64,000 nt of DNA from Terriglobales bacterium (GTDB taxonomy: Bacteria > Acidobacteriota > Terriglobia > Terriglobales > Acidobacteriaceae): NCBI GenBank assembly GCA_963803205.1, contig CAWDLG010000006.1, forward strand, positions 116,977 through 180,976, written 5' to 3'. Each line of letters starts with the position of its first letter. The first letter of the stretch is position 1. Below, piece after piece: positions 21,220-29,558 of the stretch. Made by a program: the position numbers and the translations under genes. The notes below the pieces were generated by a model. It was given only the letters and a program-made list of their open reading frames with translations, searched no databases and was not told the origin of the DNA.

Positions 21220-22341
21220 CTAGGCGCGATTCAATTCCCGAGCGGACGAAGCTGTCATCAGCTCATGCTCTACGTAGTTATAAGGAGCGACCCGCTGTCC
21301 GCTGAGCAGGGCCAGCCCGAGGTGAATCAGCCGAGGGCCGTAGGTATGAGCCTGATGCGACACTGAGCCGATAAGTGGACTGTTTCCCTGGCGCATTTCT
21401 TCGAGTGCTTCCGCGATGCAGTCCTGGCCGACAATGGCCACCTGCTTTTCGCGTTTCAGTTCGCGTACAGCCTGCACCGCGCCGAGCGCGCTGGTATCGG
21501 TGGCGGCGGCAATCAGAATGCCCTTATCCCGCGGGTGCCGCCGGAGAAAATCGTGGACCAGCTGATAGCTCCGGTCGCGCATCCCCCGGCCGTCCATTCG
21601 CAGAAAAGCGTCCTCGGGTAAAGATCGCAGCTTCGAGCGGATTGCCTCGAAGGCGCCGGTGACCCGGCTGCGGACGAGCGGCCCGGCCTCATCAATGTCG
21701 AGTCCGAGCGCCCACTTCGCCTTGCCGCCCCAGGCCTTCTTTGCATACTGGGCCAGGCATTCCCCGGCTTCGAAACCCACGCGGTAGTTATTGACCCCGA
21801 AGAAGGTCGCATGGGGGTGGGGGATGTCCACTGCAATGAAAGGGATACTGGCCCCGTCGATCTTATCCGCCAGGACCGGCGCCACATGCTGATCGATCTG
21901 AAATTCGATCAGCAGATCCACGCGATTGCGCACGAATTCATCGGCATTGCGCAGCGCAGTGGGGCCGTCGTATCGGTTGTCGAGCACGATCAGATCCACG
22001 CCTGCGGCGGAAGCGGCGCTCTTGAGGCTATCGGTCACGGCTTCGGAGAAGGGCATCTCCGCGGACTGGCTGCCAAATCCGAATCTTGCTTTTTTGGGGC
22101 GCGCCACCAGGCGGTACAGGCCGTCCTGCGACTGCGCCAGGTATCCGCGGTGCAGGAAGGTTTTCAGAATTCGATAAACGGTCGTTTTCGAGATGTTGGT
22201 CTTCTGGTAGATCGCTTCCAGCGTGAGGGCGCCGCGCTCATTTTGCAGAAGCTCCAGGATGTCGAGAGCCTTGGAAAGAACCGGAATCAGATACAGGCGC
22301 TTCGGAGCGGACCGGGTCAATGGACGTAGCCTCTTTGGCAA
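21220..22341 (-). CDS. transcriptional regulator: N-terminal winged HTH (IclR/DeoR-like) fused to a type-I periplasmic-binding-protein (LacI/RbsB-like) sugar-binding domain
   Basis: TTG start, which is uncertain. wHTH: LSKALDILELLQNERGALTLEAIYQKTNISKTTVYRILKTFLHRGYL. The remainder has the alternating beta-alpha PBP1 pattern (DLIVLDNRYD..., IPFIAVDIP..., ILIAAATDTSALGAVQAV..., AIVGQD). It lies between the rha catabolic operon and the TonB receptor. Confidence 0.7.
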   Translation of the reverse strand: MPKRLRPLTRSAPKRLYLIPVLSKALDILELLQNERGALTLEAIYQKTNISKTTVYRILKTFLHRGYLAQSQDGLYRLVARPKKARFGFGSQSAEMPFSEAVTDSLKSAASAAGVDLIVLDNRYDGPTALRNADEFVRNRVDLLIEFQIDQHVAPVLADKIDGASIPFIAVDIPHPHATFFGVNNYRVGFEAGECLAQYAKKAWGGKAKWALGLDIDEAGPLVRSRVTGAFEAIRSKLRSLPEDAFLRMDGRGMRDRSYQLVHDFLRRHPRDKGILIAAATDTSALGAVQAVRELKREKQVAIVGQDCIAEALEEMRQGNSPLIGSVSHQAHTYGPRLIHLGLALLSGQRVAPYNYVEHELMTASSARELNRA

Positions 22342-22443
22342 AGATCAAGGGCCTTATGACTATAGCGTGAAATCGCGAATCTGTTCCACAGAGGGGCGCC
22401 GACGTAGATCGCGCCGAAGCTCCAGCGAGCACAGCCGGAGGAT

Positions 22444-22532
22444 ATCAATACGGGAACTATTCTCCCTAAGTATTCAATAGGGAAACAAGTTCAACTTTTT
22501 TCTTGACAAGTATGATTCGATCTCGCTACAGT
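22444..22532 (+). promoter_or_regulatory. Two direct operator-like boxes plus a sigma70-type promoter upstream of the TonB-dependent receptor; the region is shared with the divergent regulator gene
   Basis: ATCAATACGGGAAC at 22444-22457 and TTCAATAGGGAAAC at 22473-22486; TTGACA at 22503-22508; an 18-nt spacer; (C)TACAGT at 22527-22532. Confidence 0.6.
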
Positions 22533-22647
22533 GCGCGGCGGATCGAGGGAAACCTCTAAGCCGCGGACCCCTGCCATCTCAGGAGGGGCGGGAATTGTCG
22601 AGTCCGCCTGCGGCTTCTTACTCACCGGAGAACGTGCAGGAGGAAAT

Positions 22648-25600
22648 ATGACCACGAAGATCCGCAGTCTTCTATCGGGTTTGGTATTGCTCCTCTCAGC
22701 CAACCTGCTCTTTGCACAAGGCGGCGCAGTCGGAACTATTCTCGGAACGGTAGCCGACAACACGGGCGCGGTGGTGGCCAAGGCGGACGTTGAAGTCAGC
22801 AACGTGGCCACCGGCAGCAGCCAGCGCACCCAAACCAACGAGTCCGGCACATTCACCGTTCCCTATCTGAAGCCGGGAACTTACAAGGTTTCGGTTTCGG
22901 CTCCCGGCTTCCAGAAGTCGGTAGTGGATCAAGTTCCGCTCGTGGTGGCGCAACAGGCCCGCGTGGACGTAGTCATGAAGCCGGGGGCCGTCACAGAGCA
23001 GGTCGAAGTGACTGCCAACGCTGTTGCTCTCGATACCGACAGTGCGGCTGTTTCGCAGTTAATCAGCAATCGCCAAGTCGAGGAGCTGCCCCTGAACGGG
23101 CGAAACTTCCTGAGTCTGATCTTTCTGGGCGCGGGGGCAGTGCAGACAACGGGTGAGCAGGGAGCGATGCGGCAGGGCGAAGGAGACGCGATCAGCATCA
23201 ACGGCTCGCGTCCTACCTCAAACAACTACATGCTCGACGGGCTGGTGAACACGGACGTGGCGCTGAATACGCCAGCCGTGATTCCGTCTCTCGACGCGCT
23301 GCAGGAATTCAAGGAGCAGACCTCGAACTACTCGGCTGAATACGGATTCAGCGCCAACCAGATCAACATAGCTACTAAGGGCGGAACCAATACGCTGCAC
23401 GGCGCGGGTTTCTGGTTTGGCCGAAACGACTACCTCGACGCCCGAAACTTCTTTGAGGATCCGAGCCAGCCCAAGGCGGTGCTGCGGCAGAACCAGTTCG
23501 GTTATGTGGCCAGTGGTCCGGTCTACATTCCGAAGCTCTACGACGGCCGCAACAAGACCTTCTGGATGGCAAACTACGAGGGCGGGCGGATCAGGCGTGG
23601 GTCGATTCAAGCCCTGATTGTGCCCGACCCGGCCCAGTTGGGCGGAGACTTCTCTGGAGCGACCCTTCCCGCGTTCGGCAGTGAGGCCTGCAACAACTCC
23701 GACCCCAGCAACCTGGGCGCCCTGCAAAGGGGGAACCCATGCATGCCGATCGATCCGCAGACCGGGGCGCCTTTCGCGGGGAACCAGATTCCGTCGACCC
23801 GATTCTCCCGTCTGGCACAAGTGGCGATGTCAGCTGGACTATTTCCAGCTCCGAATTCCACGCCCACGGCGACCGACCCAGTGAATTTCCGGCAGGTTGT
23901 GACCCTCCCCAATGACACCAACCAGCAGACCTATCGCCTGGATCAGTCTCTCGGGCGCTGGGGATCCCTGTTCGGCCGGTTCACGCGGGCTACTTACAAG
24001 TCCAGCAATCTGCAAACGGGCTCAGTTCCGTGGGGCTCTGCGACCTTTGACGAGGAATCGAGCACCTGGGCAATTTCCCACACGATCACTCTCGGCCAGC
24101 ACAACGTGAACAACTTCCGCTTCGGCCGGCTTGAGCCGAAGGCGAATCAGGGAGGCGTGGGGGCGCCGCAGTCTGACATCGATGCCCTCGGCCTGTCGGG
24201 CGTATTCACCGGTCTCCCCAGCTTCACGAACACTTATCCGGGGATCGGGCTGGCCAACTTCGCCGCCGTGGGAAGCCCGGTGAACGACGTAACTACCAGC
24301 TACATTCCGATGTGGGAGTTCGCCGACTCGGTGACCATGGTGCGCGGAAACCACACGTTCGGAGTGGGTTTTGATTATCGCCGCTGGGTACAGAACCGGA
24401 ACCTGGCCAATGACTACAACGGTCAGTTCAACTTCACCAACAGCCTGGTGATTTCTTCGCAAACCACCTGTCCGACACCGCAGTGCGGCACCGGCAATGC
24501 TGTTGCCGACTTCCTGCTCGGGTACTACGACAATTCCAGCACCTTCCAGCCTGGTCCGTTCAGCATCCAGGGCGAGCCCGGCAACCTGAATCAATATCAT
24601 TTCCTGTACTTTGCGCCTTATATCCAGGACGACTGGAAAGTAACGCCGCGCCTCACTCTCAACCTCGGTGTTCGCTGGGATTACCGGAACGTGCCCTACG
24701 AAGAGCACAACAAGATGGGATGGCTGGACGTCACCAATCCTAACGGCGGATTGTGCGTTGCTGACCAGAGGCTGATTGACGAGGGAATCGCCGACCCAAC
24801 CCCGCAGTTCGGGCAGTTCTACAGCTACTGCGGGCGTAAGAACCCGGCGGATGGTTCAAAGAAGCCGTTTGCGCCCCGATTGGGCGTGGCTTGGCGCCCG
24901 TTCGGCGAAAAGACGGTCATTCGCGGCGGTTACGGAATCTTCTTCGATTCCTCGGAAGGCCGCGAGATCGACGACTCTGGCGACATCTATCCTTACCTGG
25001 TTCGCAGCAGCGTCGATCCCAAGAGCCAGGAGACGGCTCCCAAGGTGACCGATCAGCTCTTCCCGGCGGTTGTTCTTGGGCCAGTGAATCCGGCCACTAC
25101 GGGCAATTTCTTTGCCGTCATCATCTCGGAGCGGCCGCGCAACCCTTATGTGCAGCAGTGGTCGTTATCGGTGCAGCATGAACTGTTCCGCAACACCACT
25201 CTGGAACTCAACTACATCGGCAATCGTGGGGTGCACCTGCTCACGCGAAACAACATCGCCCAGGCGCTGGCTCCTTCCGACCCAGCCTTCTGCCAGGCCA
25301 ACCCGACCGATACTTCCTGCCTGGTAGCCACTCGCAGACCGTATCCCAACTTCACCAACGTCTATATCAACAGCGTGTGGGAGGGATACTCCAGCTACAA
25401 CGCCGGAAACGTCAAACTGGAGCACCGCAGCCACAGCCTGGTGCTCCAGACGGTCTATACCTGGGCCAAGAGCCTGGATGACAAGTCAGCGGCGGCCGGC
25501 ATCGGCGACGCGGCCATCGGCTGGCAAGGCTTCATGGACAATCACAATCCGCGGCTGGACTACGGGCGTTCCGACTTCGACGTGGATCACCGTCTGGTGA

Positions 25601-26136
25601 GCAGCTTCGTATATGAACTACCGTTCGGCAGGGGCAAGCGCTTCGGCGGCGGCCTGAACCGGGCGGTTGATGTCGCATTTGGAGGCTGGCAGGTGAATGG
25701 CGTGGTTACGTTCCAGCGCGGCTTCCCGTACTCAGTTTTCGCCGCCGATCCAGGAGGCGTGCTGAACGTCATTTTCGGAAGCGGCAACCGGGCTGATCTC
25801 GTGGGTGATCCAAATAGTGGGCCCCAAACGATCGACCACTGGTTCAACACGGATGCCTTTACTCAGCCAGCTCCCTTCCTTTACGGCGGTTCTTCGCGGA
25901 ACCTTCTGCGCGGGCCCGGCCTCAACAACTGGGACCTGAGCCTGTTCAAGAACATGAAGTTTACCGAACGGCTGAACCTGCAATTGCGGCTCGAGGCCTT
26001 CAACGCCTTCAACCATCCGCAGTTCAACAACCCGCCAAGCAACGCGGGCAACAACATCAACGACCCGCAATATGGGCACATCACTTCGGCGCGAGATCCG
26101 CGAGAAGTGCAGCTCGGCGTGAAAATGATTTTCTGA
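22648..26136 (+). CDS. TonB-dependent outer-membrane receptor with an N-terminal carboxypeptidase-regulatory-like domain
   Basis: ATG at 22648, preceded by AGGAGG (22638-22643). Signal peptide MTTKIRSLLSGLVLLLSANLLFAQ. CarboxypepD_reg pattern GTVADNTGAVVAKADVEVSNVATG...SGTFTVPYLKPGTYKV. Plug-like LPLNGRNFLSL. C-terminal beta-barrel ending in ...VQLGVKMIF. Confidence 0.9.
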   Translation: MTTKIRSLLSGLVLLLSANLLFAQGGAVGTILGTVADNTGAVVAKADVEVSNVATGSSQRTQTNESGTFTVPYLKPGTYKVSVSAPGFQKSVVDQVPLVVAQQARVDVVMKPGAVTEQVEVTANAVALDTDSAAVSQLISNRQVEELPLNGRNFLSLIFLGAGAVQTTGEQGAMRQGEGDAISINGSRPTSNNYMLDGLVNTDVALNTPAVIPSLDALQEFKEQTSNYSAEYGFSANQINIATKGGTNTLHGAGFWFGRNDYLDARNFFEDPSQPKAVLRQNQFGYVASGPVYIPKLYDGRNKTFWMANYEGGRIRRGSIQALIVPDPAQLGGDFSGATLPAFGSEACNNSDPSNLGALQRGNPCMPIDPQTGAPFAGNQIPSTRFSRLAQVAMSAGLFPAPNSTPTATDPVNFRQVVTLPNDTNQQTYRLDQSLGRWGSLFGRFTRATYKSSNLQTGSVPWGSATFDEESSTWAISHTITLGQHNVNNFRFGRLEPKANQGGVGAPQSDIDALGLSGVFTGLPSFTNTYPGIGLANFAAVGSPVNDVTTSYIPMWEFADSVTMVRGNHTFGVGFDYRRWVQNRNLANDYNGQFNFTNSLVISSQTTCPTPQCGTGNAVADFLLGYYDNSSTFQPGPFSIQGEPGNLNQYHFLYFAPYIQDDWKVTPRLTLNLGVRWDYRNVPYEEHNKMGWLDVTNPNGGLCVADQRLIDEGIADPTPQFGQFYSYCGRKNPADGSKKPFAPRLGVAWRPFGEKTVIRGGYGIFFDSSEGREIDDSGDIYPYLVRSSVDPKSQETAPKVTDQLFPAVVLGPVNPATTGNFFAVIISERPRNPYVQQWSLSVQHELFRNTTLELNYIGNRGVHLLTRNNIAQALAPSDPAFCQANPTDTSCLVATRRPYPNFTNVYINSVWEGYSSYNAGNVKLEHRSHSLVLQTVYTWAKSLDDKSAAAGIGDAAIGWQGFMDNHNPRLDYGRSDFDVDHRLVSSFVYELPFGRGKRFGGGLNRAVDVAFGGWQVNGVVTFQRGFPYSVFAADPGGVLNVIFGSGNRADLVGDPNSGPQTIDHWFNTDAFTQPAPFLYGGSSRNLLRGPGLNNWDLSLFKNMKFTERLNLQLRLEAFNAFNHPQFNNPPSNAGNNINDPQYGHITSARDPREVQLGVKMIF

Positions 26137-26153
26137 CCCACACCCTTGTCAAT

Positions 26154-26190
26154 CCCGCCAGGCATGGCTTGCCTGGCGGGTCTTTTTTTT
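26154..26190 (+). terminator. Rho-independent terminator after the TonB receptor gene
   Basis: The 10-bp stem CCCGCCAGGC / GCCTGGCGGG has a 7-nt loop and is followed by TCTTTTTTTT. Confidence 0.8.
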
Positions 26191-26206
26191 GAGGTACACT
26201 TCTGCG

Positions 26207-27433
26207 ATGGTTCCCCGCGCTGGTCATTTCCTCGAAAGCGCAATCCTCCTTCTTTGTTGTTCGGTCCTGATGCTGATACCAGCCGCCCCCAATCTCAAGG
26301 CGCAGACCTCCGCGGATGCGCAGCGGTACTACGCCGAAGGGGAGCGAGCCTTGGCGGCTGGGCAGTATGAGGAAGCAGAGCAAGCGTACGAGAACCTCCG
26401 CAAGCTCGATCCCGGAACGGCTGAGGTCTATGGTCGACTCGGCCTGATTTACTTCCAGGAAGGCAAATATGAGCAGGCAGTGCCGGTGTTACGGCAGGCC
26501 CTGAAGCTCAAACCCAGTTTGCCGAGAACAGATACGCTCCTGGCGATGTCGCTGTCCGAGTTGGGGCGCTACCAGGAAGCCCTCCCGGGGCTCGAGAAGG
26601 GATTCAAGTCTTCAGACCAGGCAATCCGGCGCATGTGCGGCTTGCAACTGGAGCGGGCCTACACCGGACTGAAGCGCGACAGCAAGGCGGTGGAGGTAGC
26701 GTTGCAACTCAACCAGCTTTATCCGGACGATCCCGAGGTGCTCTACCACACGGGCCAGCTATTCGGGAATTTTGCCTACCTCTCCATGCACAAGCTGGCG
26801 GAAGTTGCTCCCGATTCTGTGTGGCGGCACCAAGCTTTGGCAGAGGCTTACGAGAGCCAGGGATCGAACGATGCGGCGATCGAGGAGTTCCGCAAGGTGC
26901 TGTCGATGACTCCGCATCGCGCCGGAATCCACTACCGGCTGGGCCGCACGCTGCTGGCACGATCCAGGCAGACTACGTCCGCTGCGGACACCTCGGAAGC
27001 GGCCAAAGAGTTCCAGCAGGAACTGGACATTGATCCCAGCAATGCCAATGCGGACTATGAACTGGGCGAAATCCACCGCAATGCCGGAGAGTTTGACGAA
27101 GCACAAAAGTATTTTGAGATGGCCCTCAAGCATTACCCGGACTTCGAAGAGGCGCACCTGGGCCTGGCGGCGGTACTCGTCTCACAACAAAAACCGGCAC
27201 TCGCGCTGCCGCATCTACAAAAAGCCATCGCCCTGAATAAGGAGAATGAAGTGGCCTGGTACCGGCTCTCGCAGGTGCAGGGAATGCTGGGGAATGCCGC
27301 CGAGCGCCAGAACGCATTTGCGGAATTCCAACGCCTCAAGGGCCAGAAATCTGCGCAGCAGGAGGCAGAAAAACAAACGTTTTCGCCAAACGAAGTTACC
27401 CGGCAGGAAGTTGGCCCGGAAACAGCGCAATAA
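26207..27433 (+). CDS. secreted tetratricopeptide (TPR) repeat protein
   Basis: ATG at 26207; the TTG at 26189 lies inside the terminator T-tract. It has a signal-like N-terminus and multiple TPR units (A..YE.A...Y...L.L.P....A...LG..Y...G.Y..A). Confidence 0.8.
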   Translation: MVPRAGHFLESAILLLCCSVLMLIPAAPNLKAQTSADAQRYYAEGERALAAGQYEEAEQAYENLRKLDPGTAEVYGRLGLIYFQEGKYEQAVPVLRQALKLKPSLPRTDTLLAMSLSELGRYQEALPGLEKGFKSSDQAIRRMCGLQLERAYTGLKRDSKAVEVALQLNQLYPDDPEVLYHTGQLFGNFAYLSMHKLAEVAPDSVWRHQALAEAYESQGSNDAAIEEFRKVLSMTPHRAGIHYRLGRTLLARSRQTTSAADTSEAAKEFQQELDIDPSNANADYELGEIHRNAGEFDEAQKYFEMALKHYPDFEEAHLGLAAVLVSQQKPALALPHLQKAIALNKENEVAWYRLSQVQGMLGNAAERQNAFAEFQRLKGQKSAQQEAEKQTFSPNEVTRQEVGPETAQ

Positions 27434-27435
27434 TT

Positions 27436-29190
27436 CTAGGATTTCTGAAAACCAAGGCCAGGGACGATTCCGCTTCCTTCCTTAACTGTGACGAGCCGGT
27501 TTGCCTCTACGTCGGCCAGAGTCTGCCAGATGCCATTGGGCCAGCGGACGCGCACCTCTGCTGTCTTCGCCGATCCCAGCCCGAAGTGCAGACGCGGATC
27601 GTTGCACGACAGAAAGCTCGACTGGCTCTGCACTTCCTGAGTTTGAGTAGAGGTCTGGGTTTTCACAATCACGCGGGCGCCAATCGCGCTGCGATTCGAT
27701 TTCGTGCCTACGAGTTTCACCTTCAGCCAGTTGTGCCCAGCCTTCAGATCGTTTCTCAAAAGAGATGGCGGCTCGTTCAGATTCACGATCAGAATGTCCA
27801 TATCTCCGTCGTTATCGAAGTCCCCAAATGCGCAGCCTCGGCTCACGTGGGATTCCGCAAGCGCCGGACCGGCGCCCTCCAGCAGTTCTTCGAACTTCCC
27901 CTTGCCCAGGTTGCGGAACAGGAGCCTGGGTGAGCGCGCAGGATACCCGGAATATTTCTTCTCGATCTCAGGAAACACGTGGCCAGTCACCGCGAAGAGA
28001 TCGGGCAGGCCGTCGTTATCGAGATCAACGATGCCCGCACCCCAGCCTACAAAGCGATTGTCGACCGCAAGGCCGGTGCGGCGGGTGGCTTCCTCGAAAT
28101 TGGCCTTGCCAAGATTGCGGTAGAGGTTCGGCGTGTCGTCGGCGAAGTTGGTCTTAAAGATGTCGAGGTGCCCATCCAGATCGAAGTCGCCGGCGGCTAC
28201 TCCCATACCAGCCTGCTCCTGGCCGTCCTCGCTGTAGGCCACGCCGCGAATGGCAGCTTCCTCGCGGAAGGTTCCGTCACGATTGTTGAGAAAGAGCAGG
28301 CTGGGTGTTGAATCGCACGCGACGTAAATGTCGGGCCATCCGTCGTCGTCGAAGTCGCCGGCGATTGCGGTCAGGCCATAGCTGTTCTTCGCGTTGGCGA
28401 TTCCCGATGTTGTGCTGACGTCCGTGAAAGTCCCGTCTCCGTTGTTGCGGTAGAGGCTGTGGCGGCCGAACGGAAAGCCCCGGGGGCCGCAATTGACGGG
28501 CATCCCGGACCAGCGGCAGTTTGCCGTCTGTCCGGGCTTGGGGGTTTTTGCCAGGTCAAATTCGAGGTAGTTCGAAACAAACAGGTCGAGGTGTCCGTCG
28601 CGGTTGTAGTCGATGAATGTGCAGCCCGATCCCCAGCGGGGAGCAGCCTCGAGCAAGCCTGCCGCGCGAGTTACATCGGTGAAGGTTCCGTCGCCGTTGT
28701 TGCGGTAGAGAACGTTCTGGCCCCAGTAGGTAACGAACAGATCTTCGAAGCCATCGTTGTTGTAATCGCCGACGCAAACGCCGCAGGCCCAGCCCGTTTT
28801 CAGTAAGCCTGCTTTCTCCGTTACGTCGGTAAAGGTTCCGTCGCGGTTGTTTTTGTACAGCCGGTTGCTGGCGCCTTCCGGGGCGTCGGCCAGGCGCGTG
28901 CCCGAAAGCAGAAAGATGTCGAGCCAGCCGTCGTTGTCGTAGTCAATAAACGCGCAGCCGCAGCCGATGGTCTCGAGAATGTACTCTTTGTGGTCTGCGG
29001 GGCCGTAAATAACGCTGGCTTTCAAGCCGGCCTGCGGGGCGATGTCGGTGAAGCGAGCGTCGAAGGGTAGCCCGGACGGCTTTCCGCGGGGTTGCACCTG
29101 CGCTTTGTGAGTGGAAACGCCCTGGCCCAGGCACGCGGCCGCCGATGCGCTGAAAAGGCCAGAGAGAAACAGTCGCCGGGAAGTGTCCAT
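27436..29190 (-). CDS. CRTAC1-family protein (FG-GAP/VCBS repeats plus a C-terminal ASPIC/UnbV domain), with a Tat-like signal
   Basis: The N-terminus MDTSRRLFLSGLFSASAAAC resembles a twin-arginine motif. There are repeated D.DNDGWLD / GDYNNDGFEDLF / NRDGHLDLF / DFDDDGWPDI / DLDGHLDIF / DLDNDGLPDLF / DFDNDGDMD FG-GAP calcium-binding loops. The C-terminal GARV...SQSSFLS..DPRLHFGLG is the ASPIC/UnbV signature. Confidence 0.85.
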   Translation of the reverse strand: MDTSRRLFLSGLFSASAAACLGQGVSTHKAQVQPRGKPSGLPFDARFTDIAPQAGLKASVIYGPADHKEYILETIGCGCAFIDYDNDGWLDIFLLSGTRLADAPEGASNRLYKNNRDGTFTDVTEKAGLLKTGWACGVCVGDYNNDGFEDLFVTYWGQNVLYRNNGDGTFTDVTRAAGLLEAAPRWGSGCTFIDYNRDGHLDLFVSNYLEFDLAKTPKPGQTANCRWSGMPVNCGPRGFPFGRHSLYRNNGDGTFTDVSTTSGIANAKNSYGLTAIAGDFDDDGWPDIYVACDSTPSLLFLNNRDGTFREEAAIRGVAYSEDGQEQAGMGVAAGDFDLDGHLDIFKTNFADDTPNLYRNLGKANFEEATRRTGLAVDNRFVGWGAGIVDLDNDGLPDLFAVTGHVFPEIEKKYSGYPARSPRLLFRNLGKGKFEELLEGAGPALAESHVSRGCAFGDFDNDGDMDILIVNLNEPPSLLRNDLKAGHNWLKVKLVGTKSNRSAIGARVIVKTQTSTQTQEVQSQSSFLSCNDPRLHFGLGSAKTAEVRVRWPNGIWQTLADVEANRLVTVKEGSGIVPGLGFQKS

Positions 29191-29205
29191 CGCCTGAGTC
29201 TCAGC

Positions 29206-29523
29206 CTACTCCAGGTAGAAGACCTCTTTCATCATGGCGAAACGCTCCCCGGGTCGAAGATCGGGAACGGGCTCAAAGTACTTCGACATTTCCTCCTGCC
29301 AGCGGAGGTTGACGGGATCCTTCGCGAGCTCGTCCCAGGCCTTGTCGAAATCCGCGACTTTCATGACCAGAAACAAGTCCCGGTCGCGGCGAAATACCGA
29401 ATAGTCGGAGATGCCGACTTCCTTCAGCTTCGCCCGCAATTCGGGCCATACGTTCAGGTGGTCGCGGTCATAACCCTCGATTGCATCGGGCTTGAGACGC
29501 AGGCGAAATGCCATGCGCGGCAT
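29206..29523 (-). CDS. rhaM: L-rhamnose mutarotase
   Basis: 105-aa ORF collinear with E. coli RhaM/YiiL: ...YDRDHLNVWPELRAKLKEVGISDYSVF...RWQEEMSKYF...EVFYLE. Confidence 0.9.
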   Translation of the reverse strand: MPRMAFRLRLKPDAIEGYDRDHLNVWPELRAKLKEVGISDYSVFRRDRDLFLVMKVADFDKAWDELAKDPVNLRWQEEMSKYFEPVPDLRPGERFAMMKEVFYLE

Positions 29524-29558
29524 GAGAACAGTCCTCCATCAGAGTTTCCGCAGGCGGC

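Noticed and set aside
27431-27438. Convergent gene pairs abut with almost no spacer and no hairpin: 27433/27436, 3226/3236, 16098/16112, 35257/35268.
   Set aside because: Tight convergent packing is common in compact bacterial genomes. Without transcript data there is nothing specific to claim. It is noted only as a contrast to the three canonical terminators found elsewhere.
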